This document shows, one piece after another, positions 46,995 through 56,246 of a stretch of 64,000 nt of DNA. The stretch lies in IMG/VR virus record IMGVR_UViG_3300035182_002585; one strand, 5' to 3'. The stretch's first letter is position 1. Each line of letters opens with the position of its first letter. The notes beneath the pieces were generated by a model. The model had not been told where the DNA came from. It did not search any database and saw nothing but the letters and a program-made list of their open reading frames with translations. The DNA comes from an uncultured virus (IMG/VR IMGVR_UViG_3300035182_002585) (Duplodnaviria > Heunggongvirae > Uroviricota > Caudoviricetes). The position numbers were made by a program, and so were the translations under genes.

Positions 46995-48332
46995 GTGAAG
47001 TCGAAGGATCGAGCCCGAAAAACGACCCGCGCCGCTGAACGTCAGCAGGCCCGCGTTGACGCTGACCAGCGCAAGCGGGACCGAGCCGAACGAGCGGCGG
47101 CCCGGGAAGCGGAAGCGGCGGCCCGGGAAGCGGCCGTCCGGAGAGCCCTTTGCCGGCCCCCGACCACGGAGGCGACGGTCGTAGCTCGGGCACTATCCCG
47201 GAAAGACCCCGCTGGCGACCCCCTCTTCATGAAGCTGCGAGGGGTAGGAGCCGAGAAGGACCTGCCGAACCTCGCACCCTTGCTCACGACGGTGGCGGAC
47301 AAGGCCCCGCGCATCGTGGACAAGGACTACGGCGGCGCCCTCTACTGGATCGCCACGCTCCCGTGGGTGCGCCCCCTGGAGGCGTGGGAGCCCCGTGGGA
47401 AGGGGCGGGAGACCATCTTCCGGTCCCTGGTCGAGCACCTACTCGCGAAGTTCCGCACCCCGCCGTTCCTGTGGGACGCGTTCTTCGCGGAGAACGCCTC
47501 CACCACCCTAGTCCCTGTCGTTGCCCGTGTGGCGGCCGGCGGAAGCCTCGCGGATGAGGTGAAGAGCGGGGCGCTGCCTGTCCCCCTCACCCGGAAGATG
47601 TGCCACGACCTGCTCCTGACGACGGCCGAGTACCGCATCCTCGAAGCCATCCGTCGTGTCGAGGTCCGCGCCCACAAGGGTGACCCCCGCCTGTTCCGAG
47701 CCTGGATGGGAACGGAAGCGGGGCGCACGCTCCACAGCGCAGAGGACGAGGCGTTCTGGCTCACGGTCCTCGCGTGGTTCAGCGCCAACCCCATGCTGGA
47801 CCCCGAGAAGGTTGCACCTCTCGTGGACTACATCGGCTACCGCCGTCGTCAGGAAGCGGGCTTCTCCATGAAGGGGCGGACCCCGCTTGCGCTCATGCGC
47901 GGCATGGACGAGTGGCACGGAGACCTCGCGAAGGCCAAGGCCATCTCGGGGACCATCTTCCGGCCATCGGGCTTCAAGCCCGGCGAGTTCGATCGCTCCC
48001 GGCGCACGGCCACGGGGAACTTCCAGGCGGAGGTCTGGAAGGTCGAGGAGATCCTCACCTCGAAGGCTCTGGCCGCCGAGGGACGCGCGATGTCGCACTG
48101 CGTATTTTCATATGCATGGTCGATCGAGAAGGGTTCGACCTCCATCTGGTCGATGACCCTCGATGAAGGAATGGGCCCGGAGCGCACCCTGACCATCGAA
48201 GTCCGCAATGATCTCCGGCGGATCGTTCAGGCCCGGGGCAAGTGCAACAAGGCCGCTACCAGCCGAGATCACACGATTCTCGTCGCGTGGGCCGGAATGA
48301 ACAACCTGGAGATTTCCCTCGGTCGCTGGTGA
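46995..48332 (+). CDS. PcfJ-like domain protein
   Basis: L..EG..M.HCV.SY...TIEV...IVQARGKCN. Confidence 0.85.
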   Translation: MKSKDRARKTTRAAERQQARVDADQRKRDRAERAAAREAEAAAREAAVRRALCRPPTTEATVVARALSRKDPAGDPLFMKLRGVGAEKDLPNLAPLLTTVADKAPRIVDKDYGGALYWIATLPWVRPLEAWEPRGKGRETIFRSLVEHLLAKFRTPPFLWDAFFAENASTTLVPVVARVAAGGSLADEVKSGALPVPLTRKMCHDLLLTTAEYRILEAIRRVEVRAHKGDPRLFRAWMGTEAGRTLHSAEDEAFWLTVLAWFSANPMLDPEKVAPLVDYIGYRRRQEAGFSMKGRTPLALMRGMDEWHGDLAKAKAISGTIFRPSGFKPGEFDRSRRTATGNFQAEVWKVEEILTSKALAAEGRAMSHCVFSYAWSIEKGSTSIWSMTLDEGMGPERTLTIEVRNDLRRIVQARGKCNKAATSRDHTILVAWAGMNNLEISLGRW

Positions 48333-48347
48333 GGGTACTCTGCGCGC

Positions 48348-48596
48348 ATGCATGTCTTGAAACCGACGCGTCCAATCCCTCAACACCAAGACGTCTCATG
48401 CGAGTGCGGAGCAGAGCTTCGCATCGAGCTGAAGGACCTCTTCAAGGGAAGCCTCCCCGAGGAGCCCTCGAATGTGCTCGCCCTGTGGGAGTGCCCGGCC
48501 TGCCATCAGCAGTACCCCACGTCTGTGCCTGCGGACGTTCTGGTGACGCTGCCAATGCGGTCGGCACGGGTCAAGCGCGAGCTGTGGCAGGGCTAG
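48348..48596 (+). CDS. Zn-ribbon protein
   Basis: CECG...CPAC. Confidence 0.55.
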   Translation: MHVLKPTRPIPQHQDVSCECGAELRIELKDLFKGSLPEEPSNVLALWECPACHQQYPTSVPADVLVTLPMRSARVKRELWQG

Positions 48597-48865
48597 CGGA
48601 CGACCGCCTTCGCCCTGTCTAGGGCTTCCTCGACCTGATCCGGGTTCTCTTTCAAGAACTTCTGGATGTCCTCGAACATCTTGTGCTGGCGTTCGAGCTT
48701 GGCCCCCGTGTCCAAGATGCCGCGTATCTTGGCCTCGTACTTCTCGCGGCTGAGGGGCTCCTGCTTCTTCTTGCGCTTGCGCTCGACGTACTTCTCGTAG
48801 TCCCCGTCCGTCACGGCGGGGGTGTTCGCGAAGCGGGCAGCGACTCGAAGGGCCAGGGGGTCCAT
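48593..48865 (-). CDS. Small protein with N-terminal ALRVAARF signal
   Basis: MDPLALRVAARF; CTTGTA 13 nt upstream. Confidence 0.7.
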   Translation of the reverse strand: MDPLALRVAARFANTPAVTDGDYEKYVERKRKKKQEPLSREKYEAKIRGILDTGAKLERQHKMFEDIQKFLKENPDQVEEALDRAKAVVR

Positions 48866-48892
48866 GTAGTCAGCCCCCTACAAGTCGATCCC

Positions 48893-49603
48893 TCACTCCT
48901 CGACGGCGAGAAGCCTGTCGATGTAGGTGCGGTCGGCGGAGAAGATGGGGATCTCGTCATCCACGGCCCATTCGTTGCGTGTCGCCCCGTTGCGCTCGAA
49001 CGCCTTCTTGACGACGCAGCGACCCCGCCGAAGGTGCGTAGGCAGGTTGTTCCAGTTGAGCCCCTTCGTGTGCAACAGTTCGTGCATGTCGGGCCCCTTG
49101 AGTCCGTGCACCTCCTTGTGCGAGAAGTGGGCCCGCGTCATCATCGTGAGCGAGTTGCGCGTGGCGTCTTGCTGACGCCACAGGAAGTAGTTGCAGACCT
49201 CAGCCTCAGGTAGGACCCAGACACGCGCATCAAAAAGGACTTCTTGTCCGTACGCACGGGAGACGAGGGACGAGGGGATCGCCGCAGCGACACTGGCGAT
49301 CTTCTGCACCTCACTGTTGAACCAAGTGTCGCTATTGAGCCGCTTGTACCCGTGTACGAGAATAGAGATCTCGTCCGACTGCACGTAGGCGATCTGCGCG
49401 CCGCCGATCTTCTTGCAGAGGGTCACCGCCGCATCGTTCATCACCGAGATGAGGCGGTCGTCGAATGGGCGCTTCATGTGCTTGCAGAACGAGTGGAAGC
49501 ACACACCGTCCACACGGATCAGAAGGGGCATCCTTCTCGGTAGCTCGTACCGGAAAACCTGCTCCGCGCGTTTCATGCGATCCCCGAGGGAGTCTCGTGG
49601 CAT
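48893..49603 (-). CDS. thg1: tRNA(His) guanylyltransferase Thg1-like (3'-5' polymerase)
   Basis: RVDG..FHSF, YVQSDEIS, FDAR, NYFLWRQQDATRNS. Confidence 0.93.
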   Translation of the reverse strand: MPRDSLGDRMKRAEQVFRYELPRRMPLLIRVDGVCFHSFCKHMKRPFDDRLISVMNDAAVTLCKKIGGAQIAYVQSDEISILVHGYKRLNSDTWFNSEVQKIASVAAAIPSSLVSRAYGQEVLFDARVWVLPEAEVCNYFLWRQQDATRNSLTMMTRAHFSHKEVHGLKGPDMHELLHTKGLNWNNLPTHLRRGRCVVKKAFERNGATRNEWAVDDEIPIFSADRTYIDRLLAVEE

Positions 49604-49691
49604 GACGAAGGTATACACCGTCAACACCAGAGGACTTCCCCTTGGAGCTGCGAACGGTCTGTGGTCGGCGGGTGGAAGAGGTGTCGGAGCC

Positions 49692-49919
49692 TCACGCACT
49701 CTTCTTCGTGCGCTTTGTCTTGGTCGTCTTCGGGGTCTTCTTCGTGGCCACTTCGGTCTTCGGGCGACCAAGAGCCTCTTTGATGTCCGCGAGAGAGACC
49801 TCGAACCTGTGCACCACAGGACCCCCACCCCACGGCTTTGGTCCTGCGACGCGCAGATCGTTGAGGTAGAGACTCGGGCCCTCGACACCATTGACCACGT
49901 ACACGTCGACAGTAGACAT
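49692..49919 (-). CDS. Hypothetical protein
   Basis: GVEGPSLYLNDLRVAGPKPWGGG. Confidence 0.65.
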   Translation of the reverse strand: MSTVDVYVVNGVEGPSLYLNDLRVAGPKPWGGGPVVHRFEVSLADIKEALGRPKTEVATKKTPKTTKTKRTKKSA

Positions 49920-49941
49920 CGACCACCGCACCTTCCCGGGG

Positions 49942-50472
49942 TCACCCCCAATAGACGTAGAGCACTTCGGTGAGGCGCTCGAAGACCTCGGGGATGCCGA
50001 GCCAGAGGCAGAACGCCGCGATCACCAGGGGCGGCTTTCCTTTCAGGAACGGCTCGATCTCCCTGTCCAAGGACACCCACCGCTTCTGTTGCCCGTGAAG
50101 CTGCGTCTCCTCGGACCAGTCGATGTCATCGTTGTACCGGCGCCAGTTGGAGATGCGCCACCCCGGAGGGATGAAGACGATGCCGTCCTCGAAGCCGAAC
50201 TCGTCGTCATACTCGACGTAGCGCCCGAGAGACTCCCCGAGCATCTTGTCGTCCGCGAGACACATCAGGTTCACGTCGAGCATCGTGCGTCGGAACTTGT
50301 CGTCCTCGGTGGGAGCGAACGCCAGGATCTCGTCCTTGTGCGCTCGGCACCAGTCCGCGAAGTGTTCGAGGGTGACGTTCTCGTAGGCTTCGTTCAGACG
50401 GTCCCTGAACCCCTCGGGGGCCACGAAACCGCGCGCCCCGAAACCGATCTGCTTGTGGACCCTGATGCCCAT
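49942..50472 (-). CDS. Hypothetical protein
   Basis: ORF, high GC3. Confidence 0.7.
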   Translation of the reverse strand: MGIRVHKQIGFGARGFVAPEGFRDRLNEAYENVTLEHFADWCRAHKDEILAFAPTEDDKFRRTMLDVNLMCLADDKMLGESLGRYVEYDDEFGFEDGIVFIPPGWRISNWRRYNDDIDWSEETQLHGQQKRWVSLDREIEPFLKGKPPLVIAAFCLWLGIPEVFERLTEVLYVYWG

Positions 50473-50478
50473 TGCCCA

Positions 50479-50748
50479 CTACCCCTCATTCCGGTGGTAG
50501 TGGATCGTCGGGCACGCTGCGATCGCAGTCTCGTAGGCGGCGCGCAGGTCGTCAGGGAGAGCCTGCGGTGCGACTGGCGCACCATCCTTCGTCTCGATGT
50601 AGACGCGGGGTTCGCCGAACTTCTCCTTGACCTGCACGACTTCGTACCCCCCGGCCTCCAGCAACGTGACGAGCGGGCGGAGGGTGGGTTCCCACGGGTG
50701 GTCGTCCGGCAGATCCCAGCAGATCATCCCGTCGATGGCGTGCTTCAT
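50479..50748 (-). CDS. Conserved phage protein (QVKEKFG type)
   Basis: VVQVKEKFGEPRVY. Confidence 0.7.
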   Translation of the reverse strand: MKHAIDGMICWDLPDDHPWEPTLRPLVTLLEAGGYEVVQVKEKFGEPRVYIETKDGAPVAPQALPDDLRAAYETAIAACPTIHYHRNEG

Positions 50749-50820
50749 GTGGCCCGCTGTACACCGGGACCCCCTGAATCGAACGTGCCCGAAAACCCCT
50801 ACGAAAAGGCGCCTTTGGGG

Positions 50821-51048
50821 TCACCCCTTGAATGGATCTTCGAGCACGTGGTCGTAGAGCGTTGCAGGTGGCTCCAAGGGGCCCGGGGGTTTCCCCCTCT
50901 TCCCCATCTTGGCCGCAACCTCGTACGTGTTGAAGGCGAACTGGAGAGCCGAGCGAGTCGACGGAGCTAGGCCCGAGTGCGGGCTGAATGCGATCTTCCG
51001 CACGAGCTTGAGCAGCTCGTCGAGCCTGAGCTGTGCGAGCTTCGTCAT
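50821..51048 (-). CDS. Hypothetical protein
   Basis: ORF. Confidence 0.45.
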   Translation of the reverse strand: MTKLAQLRLDELLKLVRKIAFSPHSGLAPSTRSALQFAFNTYEVAAKMGKRGKPPGPLEPPATLYDHVLEDPFKG

Positions 51049-51213
51049 CAGGGTGCACAGACGATCGTGCTGAGAACCGGATCGTAGACGTGCTGGCACT
51101 CCGTGTCAGGAGTCACACCCGCCACCAGCAAGGCCACCGCGAGCAACACCGACGCCACGACGGCGAAGCGCAGTGCGCGGTGGTGAGGATCCTTGCGGGT
51201 CGAGGGCGTGGGG

Positions 51214-51855
51214 CTACCGCGTCCGGATGTTCTTCATCCGCGGGATCCGGTCCAGCGTCGCGACCAGCTCTTCGTTCGCGATCAGCGTGGCCTCGTCGAG
51301 GTTCTTGGCCGTCGCGAGGTAGCGCGGGTGCTTGAGCCACTCGGCGTAGGGCAGGTTGCCCCGGACCTTGTTGCACTTCTTGCACGCGCTCAGGAGGTTG
51401 GCCTCGATGCTCGGGCCCCCCTCCTCCCACGTGACGAGGTGGTCGATCGTCAGCGGCACGTTGTCGTTGGCGCAGTAGCGGCACTTGTAGCCGTCGCGCT
51501 TGAAGCACTTCCACGAGATGGTCGCCTCGATCTGGCGCTCGCACTTGCGCTTGATGACCTTGGCGATCGTGCCGTCCGACGCCTTCGTGAGGACCTCGGC
51601 CTCCATCATGTCCGTCTGACGGATGAACCGCTCCCAATCACCGGAGTCCATGTCGAGGGTGTGGACCTCGTGCTCCTCGTCGCTGCCGTGCGGCGCGAAC
51701 GTGACCGGGATCGGGCGGTCGCTGCCGATCACCCCCCGGTCCTCGGGGAAGAGGCAGAGGAGGAGCTGGCCATCACCCGCGTAGACGGCACCGACCATCT
51801 GGATCGTGTGGCCAACGGAGAGGAGGTTGAAGTCGGAGAGCTTCTTCGTGGACAT
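51214..51855 (-). CDS. HNH endonuclease
   Basis: RDGYKCRYC...TIDHL...GG...NL..ACKKCN. Confidence 0.88.
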   Translation of the reverse strand: MSTKKLSDFNLLSVGHTIQMVGAVYAGDGQLLLCLFPEDRGVIGSDRPIPVTFAPHGSDEEHEVHTLDMDSGDWERFIRQTDMMEAEVLTKASDGTIAKVIKRKCERQIEATISWKCFKRDGYKCRYCANDNVPLTIDHLVTWEEGGPSIEANLLSACKKCNKVRGNLPYAEWLKHPRYLATAKNLDEATLIANEELVATLDRIPRMKNIRTR

Positions 51856-51864
51856 GACCCCTCA

Positions 51865-51876
51865 TACACCGGTGTA
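51865..51876. promoter_or_regulatory. Back-to-back class B motifs forming the palindrome TACACCGGTGTA
   Basis: Serves divergent starts at 51855 (9 nt) and 51887 (10 nt). Confidence 0.8.
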
Positions 51877-51886
51877 CGGCGAGTCC

Positions 51887-52246
51887 ATGCGGACGTTCTT
51901 CATCTCCGGGCACTTGGATGTGACCGACGCGGAGTTCGAGACCCATTACAAGCCGCGGATCCAAGCGGCTGCGGAGGCGGGGGGTGCGTTCGTGGTTGGG
52001 GACGCCCGCGGAACGGACCACAAGGCACAGGTCTTCCTGCGCGTTCTTAACCACGAGCACGTGCGGGTCTTCCACATGTTCGAGGAGGCGCGTCACCACG
52101 AGGGCTACCCCACGATCGGGGGCTTCACCTCCGACGATACCCGCGACGCGGCGATGACGGCTGCGTCAGACGAAGACATCGCGTGGGTGCGCTCCGGCAG
52201 GGAGAAGAGCGGGACCGCCAAGAACCTCCAACGACGGAAGCGTTAG
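51887..52246 (+). CDS. SLOG-superfamily (Rossmannoid) protein
   Basis: FISGH...FVVGDARGTD...RDAAM...SGT. Confidence 0.7.
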   Translation: MRTFFISGHLDVTDAEFETHYKPRIQAAAEAGGAFVVGDARGTDHKAQVFLRVLNHEHVRVFHMFEEARHHEGYPTIGGFTSDDTRDAAMTAASDEDIAWVRSGREKSGTAKNLQRRKR

Positions 52247-52869
52247 GCTGCCCTCGGCGTTGTCTCTAGCTGCCGACGTACAAAGCGCGCCCACCGCGTC
52301 ACGACACGAATCTCACGGCTTGCGCCCTCAACGTAGGGGAGGAGCCTCTCAGCAATCTCCAGGCGGCCCACAAGAGCCGACCCACTCAGTCCCTCCACGG
52401 TCTCCGACGCCGCTCCCCGAACACGAACCCCGTGCCGGAGTGCCCCGAGCACGGCCGCTGCGAGGGCCGTTCGTCCACGGTCCGACTGTAGGGCGTGGTC
52501 GATCAGTTGCGTGCGCGTCATCGGCGGAGCGGCTGCCTGTGGTTGGGGCCGTGTCGTCACCCGCTGCCAGACTTGACGGTTGGCGAGCTGGAGGAGCGCG
52601 GGCTCGTCCGCCTCCAAGTAGAGCTTCTGGGCGAGCATCGTATCCGCGTCGGGGACATCTTCGACCGGGTGCACACACAGGCTCTCGACGATCTCCGTGC
52701 CGACGAGCACGTCGATGTTGCCGAACCGGCCTCGATGGATGCGGTACGTCCGGTCTGCACGAAGCACATCGAACCACCCGTGGGTGTCGAGGGTGTCCTG
52801 CTGTTCTTCCGTCAGATGCTCACGGAGAAGGCGTTCGGCCTTCACCCGGGCTGCGATCGGGTCCGGCAT
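52243..52869 (-). CDS. Conserved phage protein fused to a capsid-N-terminus-like helix
   Basis: LCVHP...DTMLAQKL.LE.DE; LIDHALQSDRGRTALA. Confidence 0.6.
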   Translation of the reverse strand: MPDPIAARVKAERLLREHLTEEQQDTLDTHGWFDVLRADRTYRIHRGRFGNIDVLVGTEIVESLCVHPVEDVPDADTMLAQKLYLEADEPALLQLANRQVWQRVTTRPQPQAAAPPMTRTQLIDHALQSDRGRTALAAAVLGALRHGVRVRGAASETVEGLSGSALVGRLEIAERLLPYVEGASREIRVVTRWARFVRRQLETTPRAA

Positions 52870-52872
52870 GGT

Positions 52873-53436
52873 CTACCCCGCCTCCGCGAACTTGAGGGAC
52901 TTTCCCGCAGTGGCGGCCACGCTGCTCTTGAGGCACTTCGCCCCGTCGACCCCCAATAGGACGGTCACGTACGAGTGGAACCGGATCTCTTTCGGTAGGT
53001 CCTGGGATATCGTGCAGAGCAGTACGGTCCCCTTCCCCACGCGCATCAATCGGGTCAAGTAGGCGCAGAACAGGAGGTCGACCTGCGGGGCGCTGATCAC
53101 GAGCAGGTCCCCGCTCTTGACCTCCGCTTCTCTTCTATGCCTCAACGCGGTGCTGATCAGGCCCCACTTGGCCACCCCATCCGGGGGGTCGATCGGCTCC
53201 GGCAAGAGCAGTCGCGTCCAGCCGTCGAGTTCGTCTTCGACCTTCGCGTAGCTGTCCTGGTAGTTCAGAAGACGGGTACAGCGCCATGGGGCTCGGCGCG
53301 CAGTGTCCGTGAGGGACAGGTGCAGGCTGTCCCATGCTGCGCGACTGTCGAACATGAAGAGGTTGAGCCTGCCCTTGGCCAGCCCACCGCCCATGAGGTC
53401 ATCGAGCCACGGAGTGTTGGTGGGAGCGAAGGGCAC
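52873..53436 (-). CDS. Degenerate RecA/DnaB-fold protein (no intact Walker A)
   Basis: TNTPWLDDLMGGGLAKGRLNL. Confidence 0.6.
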   Translation of the reverse strand: MPFAPTNTPWLDDLMGGGLAKGRLNLFMFDSRAAWDSLHLSLTDTARRAPWRCTRLLNYQDSYAKVEDELDGWTRLLLPEPIDPPDGVAKWGLISTALRHRREAEVKSGDLLVISAPQVDLLFCAYLTRLMRVGKGTVLLCTISQDLPKEIRFHSYVTVLLGVDGAKCLKSSVAATAGKSLKFAEAG

Positions 53437-53444
53437 GGCTTGTC

Positions 53445-54659
53445 CTACACCGCTTCGTCGAGTTGCCTCAGGCGCTCCAGGGCCACGCGGTTGATGTCCT
53501 TCACGGGGAGACCCAGCTTGTCCCCCCGCACGACCTCGATCCCGGCCTCCTTGAGCCATTGCGACAGCCTCTCCTTGCCGAGCCCAAGGCGCTTCGCGGC
53601 TGTACGGATCGGCTCCCTCCCACACTTGTCCGCTTTCTTGCGGGCAACGACGCGATCGATGACCTCACGGGGTACGCCCGAACGCCCGAACGTCACCCCG
53701 GCGGCCTTGAGCCAAATGGAGAGCGTCACGTACTTGATCCCGTGACGCTTCGCTGCGTCCTGAAGGTACTCCAGCTTCGTCTTCTTCGTCTCGTGTCGAC
53801 GAAGGGCCCGCTCGATGTCCTCGGTCAGGATGCGCCACACCGGACGCTTCACCTTCGGGGGGTCGACCCCTAGCTCCTTGAGGAGGTCTCGAAGCTGCCC
53901 CTGCACCATCTGCGAGGGTAGACGGATACGGACCTTCCCCCGGTTGACCTTGAGCCCGGTGGCCTCCACTGCGTCCTGGATCGCTGCTGCCACCTTGGGC
54001 GTGAGGTCTTCCATCAGCACTTCCCAGAAGGTCTGGCTGTTCGGTGGTTCGACTCCATCCGCTACGAGTATCTTTCGCAGGGTGTCCGGGAGCAGCCCCC
54101 GCTTGCAGGCCGCGTAGTACAGGGTCTCTGTTGCGAGCCGGTGCTCGACGGCGGCGTCGACTTCCATGGTCCTGACGATGAGGTGTCGGAGCCACTTCCC
54201 CTTCGTTCGGAGCTGCTTCGCGGTCAGGTCCCGGTACGAATACGAGGGCAGGATCTCGACGTCCGCTTCGGCGAGGATCTTCTTGAGAGTCCCGATGTCG
54301 TACCCCACACGCTTGGCTGCGTGCCCGAGGTGCTCGAACCCTGGCGGACACCCGCCGGCAAGGCTAAGGTGGTTGATCGCACGAAGGTAGACGCTACGTT
54401 GTGGGCGCCCGAGCTTCCGGCTGATGTCCTCCATGGGCTCTTCACCCCACAGACGACGGACCAGCTTGTCTTCGTCAGCGGTCCAGGCTCGGAACTTCCG
54501 AAGCCCTAGTTGATCGGCACGTCGGTAGAGGGCGACTCGGGGCAGCGTGGGGAACGTGGCAAAGGCCGCCTTGACCCCTCCACGGGCGTACGCCGCACGG
54601 AGCTGCGCGTCCTTCTCCTCGTCCCATACGTGAGCAGGATCCTTGGCGTTTCGACGCAT
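53445..54659 (-). CDS. Multi-HTH DNA-binding protein (Myb-like plus repeated HTH)
   Basis: WDEEKD and WTADED repeats; several AAKR.G HTH units. Confidence 0.75.
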   Translation of the reverse strand: MRRNAKDPAHVWDEEKDAQLRAAYARGGVKAAFATFPTLPRVALYRRADQLGLRKFRAWTADEDKLVRRLWGEEPMEDISRKLGRPQRSVYLRAINHLSLAGGCPPGFEHLGHAAKRVGYDIGTLKKILAEADVEILPSYSYRDLTAKQLRTKGKWLRHLIVRTMEVDAAVEHRLATETLYYAACKRGLLPDTLRKILVADGVEPPNSQTFWEVLMEDLTPKVAAAIQDAVEATGLKVNRGKVRIRLPSQMVQGQLRDLLKELGVDPPKVKRPVWRILTEDIERALRRHETKKTKLEYLQDAAKRHGIKYVTLSIWLKAAGVTFGRSGVPREVIDRVVARKKADKCGREPIRTAAKRLGLGKERLSQWLKEAGIEVVRGDKLGLPVKDINRVALERLRQLDEAV

Positions 54660-54889
54660 CGGGGTGTCGGTACACCAGGAACGTCAGCCTTCGCGGGAGG
54701 CTTTCTCTGCCGCGACCCCGGCCTCCGTGAGACGCCAGATCGGGCCCCGCTCGGGGTACGTGTGCATCAACCCCTCGTCCATGACGATGAGTCCGTCTGC
54801 GAGGAGCTGGTGCACCAGGGCCTTGGACAGGTCGGCGGAGGAAGCGTAGCCCCGCCTCAGTCGTTGGAGCGCGCGAGCTACACGAGGTG

Positions 54890-55267
54890 TCACGTGCCCT
54901 CGTGGTTGCACCCGAGACACGCTGGACCGCACGTCTGGCGCATCACTCGGCAGTAGAGCGCGTGCTTCTCGGGGTCGGTGTCCACGTCTGTAATCGCCCC
55001 GTCGAGGAGTTGCGAGAGGTAGGTCTTGACCTGCTCGATCCCGTCGTGCTCGGTGTCGACGAAGACCCCCTCGTCGGTCTGCACGATCGCGAACTCCCCG
55101 AAGCCCCGCCCTTTCTCAGAGAAGCTGAAGACGAGGACGATCTTCTTCGGGAGGGGCGCGCCGGAGGCGTCGTACTCGTCCTTCTCCTCCATCCTCGCGT
55201 AACGCAGAGAGACGACCGAAGGCAGGGCGTTCAAGAACGGAGTGATGTCCGGCTTCGGCTTGCTCAT
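54890..55267 (-). CDS. Hypothetical protein
   Basis: GRGFGEF; GGTGTA upstream. Confidence 0.65.
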   Translation of the reverse strand: MSKPKPDITPFLNALPSVVSLRYARMEEKDEYDASGAPLPKKIVLVFSFSEKGRGFGEFAIVQTDEGVFVDTEHDGIEQVKTYLSQLLDGAITDVDTDPEKHALYCRVMRQTCGPACLGCNHEGT

Positions 55268-55286
55268 GGTCCCTCTGTTCCTACAC

Positions 55287-55508
55287 CTAGAAGGGCGTTA
55301 CGTCATCTCGCAGCCGCTCCCACAGAGACAGCGGGGCCAGCTCCAACTCCTCGAAGCCGAAACCCCCGTCCCACGTGTACCCGTCGAGCCGCACAAGGCA
55401 CCCCCCGCTCGTGGGCACCACGGCGACGACCTTCCCGTACTCCCCACGGGCCAACGTTCCAACGGCCCTCACGTAGTCTCCGGGAGCGATGGTTGCGGGA
55501 TTGACCAT
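55287..55508 (-). CDS. KOW/SH3-like small protein
   Basis: PGDYVR...GKVV; GGTGTA 9 nt upstream. Confidence 0.6.
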   Translation of the reverse strand: MVNPATIAPGDYVRAVGTLARGEYGKVVAVVPTSGGCLVRLDGYTWDGGFGFEELELAPLSLWERLRDDVTPF

Positions 55509-55623
55509 GCTCTTGGGTACACCGCCTGACTAAATGGCCCTGGTTAACCCGTGGGTCAGGCGGCCGGTTATACGCAGGTCTGGGCTCGTCGACGTATAAC
55601 GACCCCTGCGTTACGATAGGGGC

Positions 55624-56037
55624 ATGTCCGGGCCCAAGGTACTCCAGTCCCCTCGCGAGATGCTCAAAGGCTACCCCGGGGAAACGACCACGCTCCGAAC
55701 CATGGCCGCCGACGTGGTGACCGAGCCCGAGTACTTCGAGTACCCCGGCGTCACTGCCTGCCTCCCGGGTGACGAGCCCCATCTGCTAGCGGAGACGGCT
55801 CGCAACCCGTTCCCGCCCGGCGTGAGCGTCATGGCGATCGCCCGTGCCCTACGTGAGGGGTGGATCAAGGATCCCGGCCTGGCGAAGCGAGCGCGAGCCT
55901 ACGTGGACGCCTACCAAAAGCAGCTCGGCCAGCCGTTCTACGACGGCCGGATGCAGAACGTGCTTCCCGATGGGATCGGAGTGAACGAGCACCAGAGGGT
56001 GACGCGCGGAGACCCCTGGCCGTTCGACGATCAGTAG
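55624..56037 (+). CDS. Hypothetical protein
   Basis: ORF with an inverted-repeat-rich upstream region. Confidence 0.6.
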   Translation: MSGPKVLQSPREMLKGYPGETTTLRTMAADVVTEPEYFEYPGVTACLPGDEPHLLAETARNPFPPGVSVMAIARALREGWIKDPGLAKRARAYVDAYQKQLGQPFYDGRMQNVLPDGIGVNEHQRVTRGDPWPFDDQ

Positions 56038-56246
56038 CCCCACAGGTGCCAGCCGTTGCGGCACTTGGTCCGTAGCGACTGCTTCTGCGGCAAGTCGTCG
56101 TAGCTCCCCTTTCGGAGGCACTGGCGGTTGCCCCGCCGAGCCTCACGCGCAGAGAGCTGCTTCGCCCACTTGAGGGAGTGGTTCAGGTGGTAGTGGCGGA
56201 CCTTGGACCAGCCCTGCTGGTCCTTGCGACGGTGGTTGCGGTGCAT
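56031..56246 (-). CDS. Small basic protein preceded by a leader peptide
   Basis: GAAAGGA RBS; Arg/Lys-rich; upstream ORF at 56273-56314. Confidence 0.65.
   Translation of the reverse strand: MHRNHRRKDQQGWSKVRHYHLNHSLKWAKQLSAREARRGNRQCLRKGSYDDLPQKQSLRTKCRNGWHLWGY

Noticed and set aside
47092..47134. 21-bp direct repeat as a regulatory or recombination site
   Set aside because: In-frame coding duplication (AAAREAE) within a helical linker
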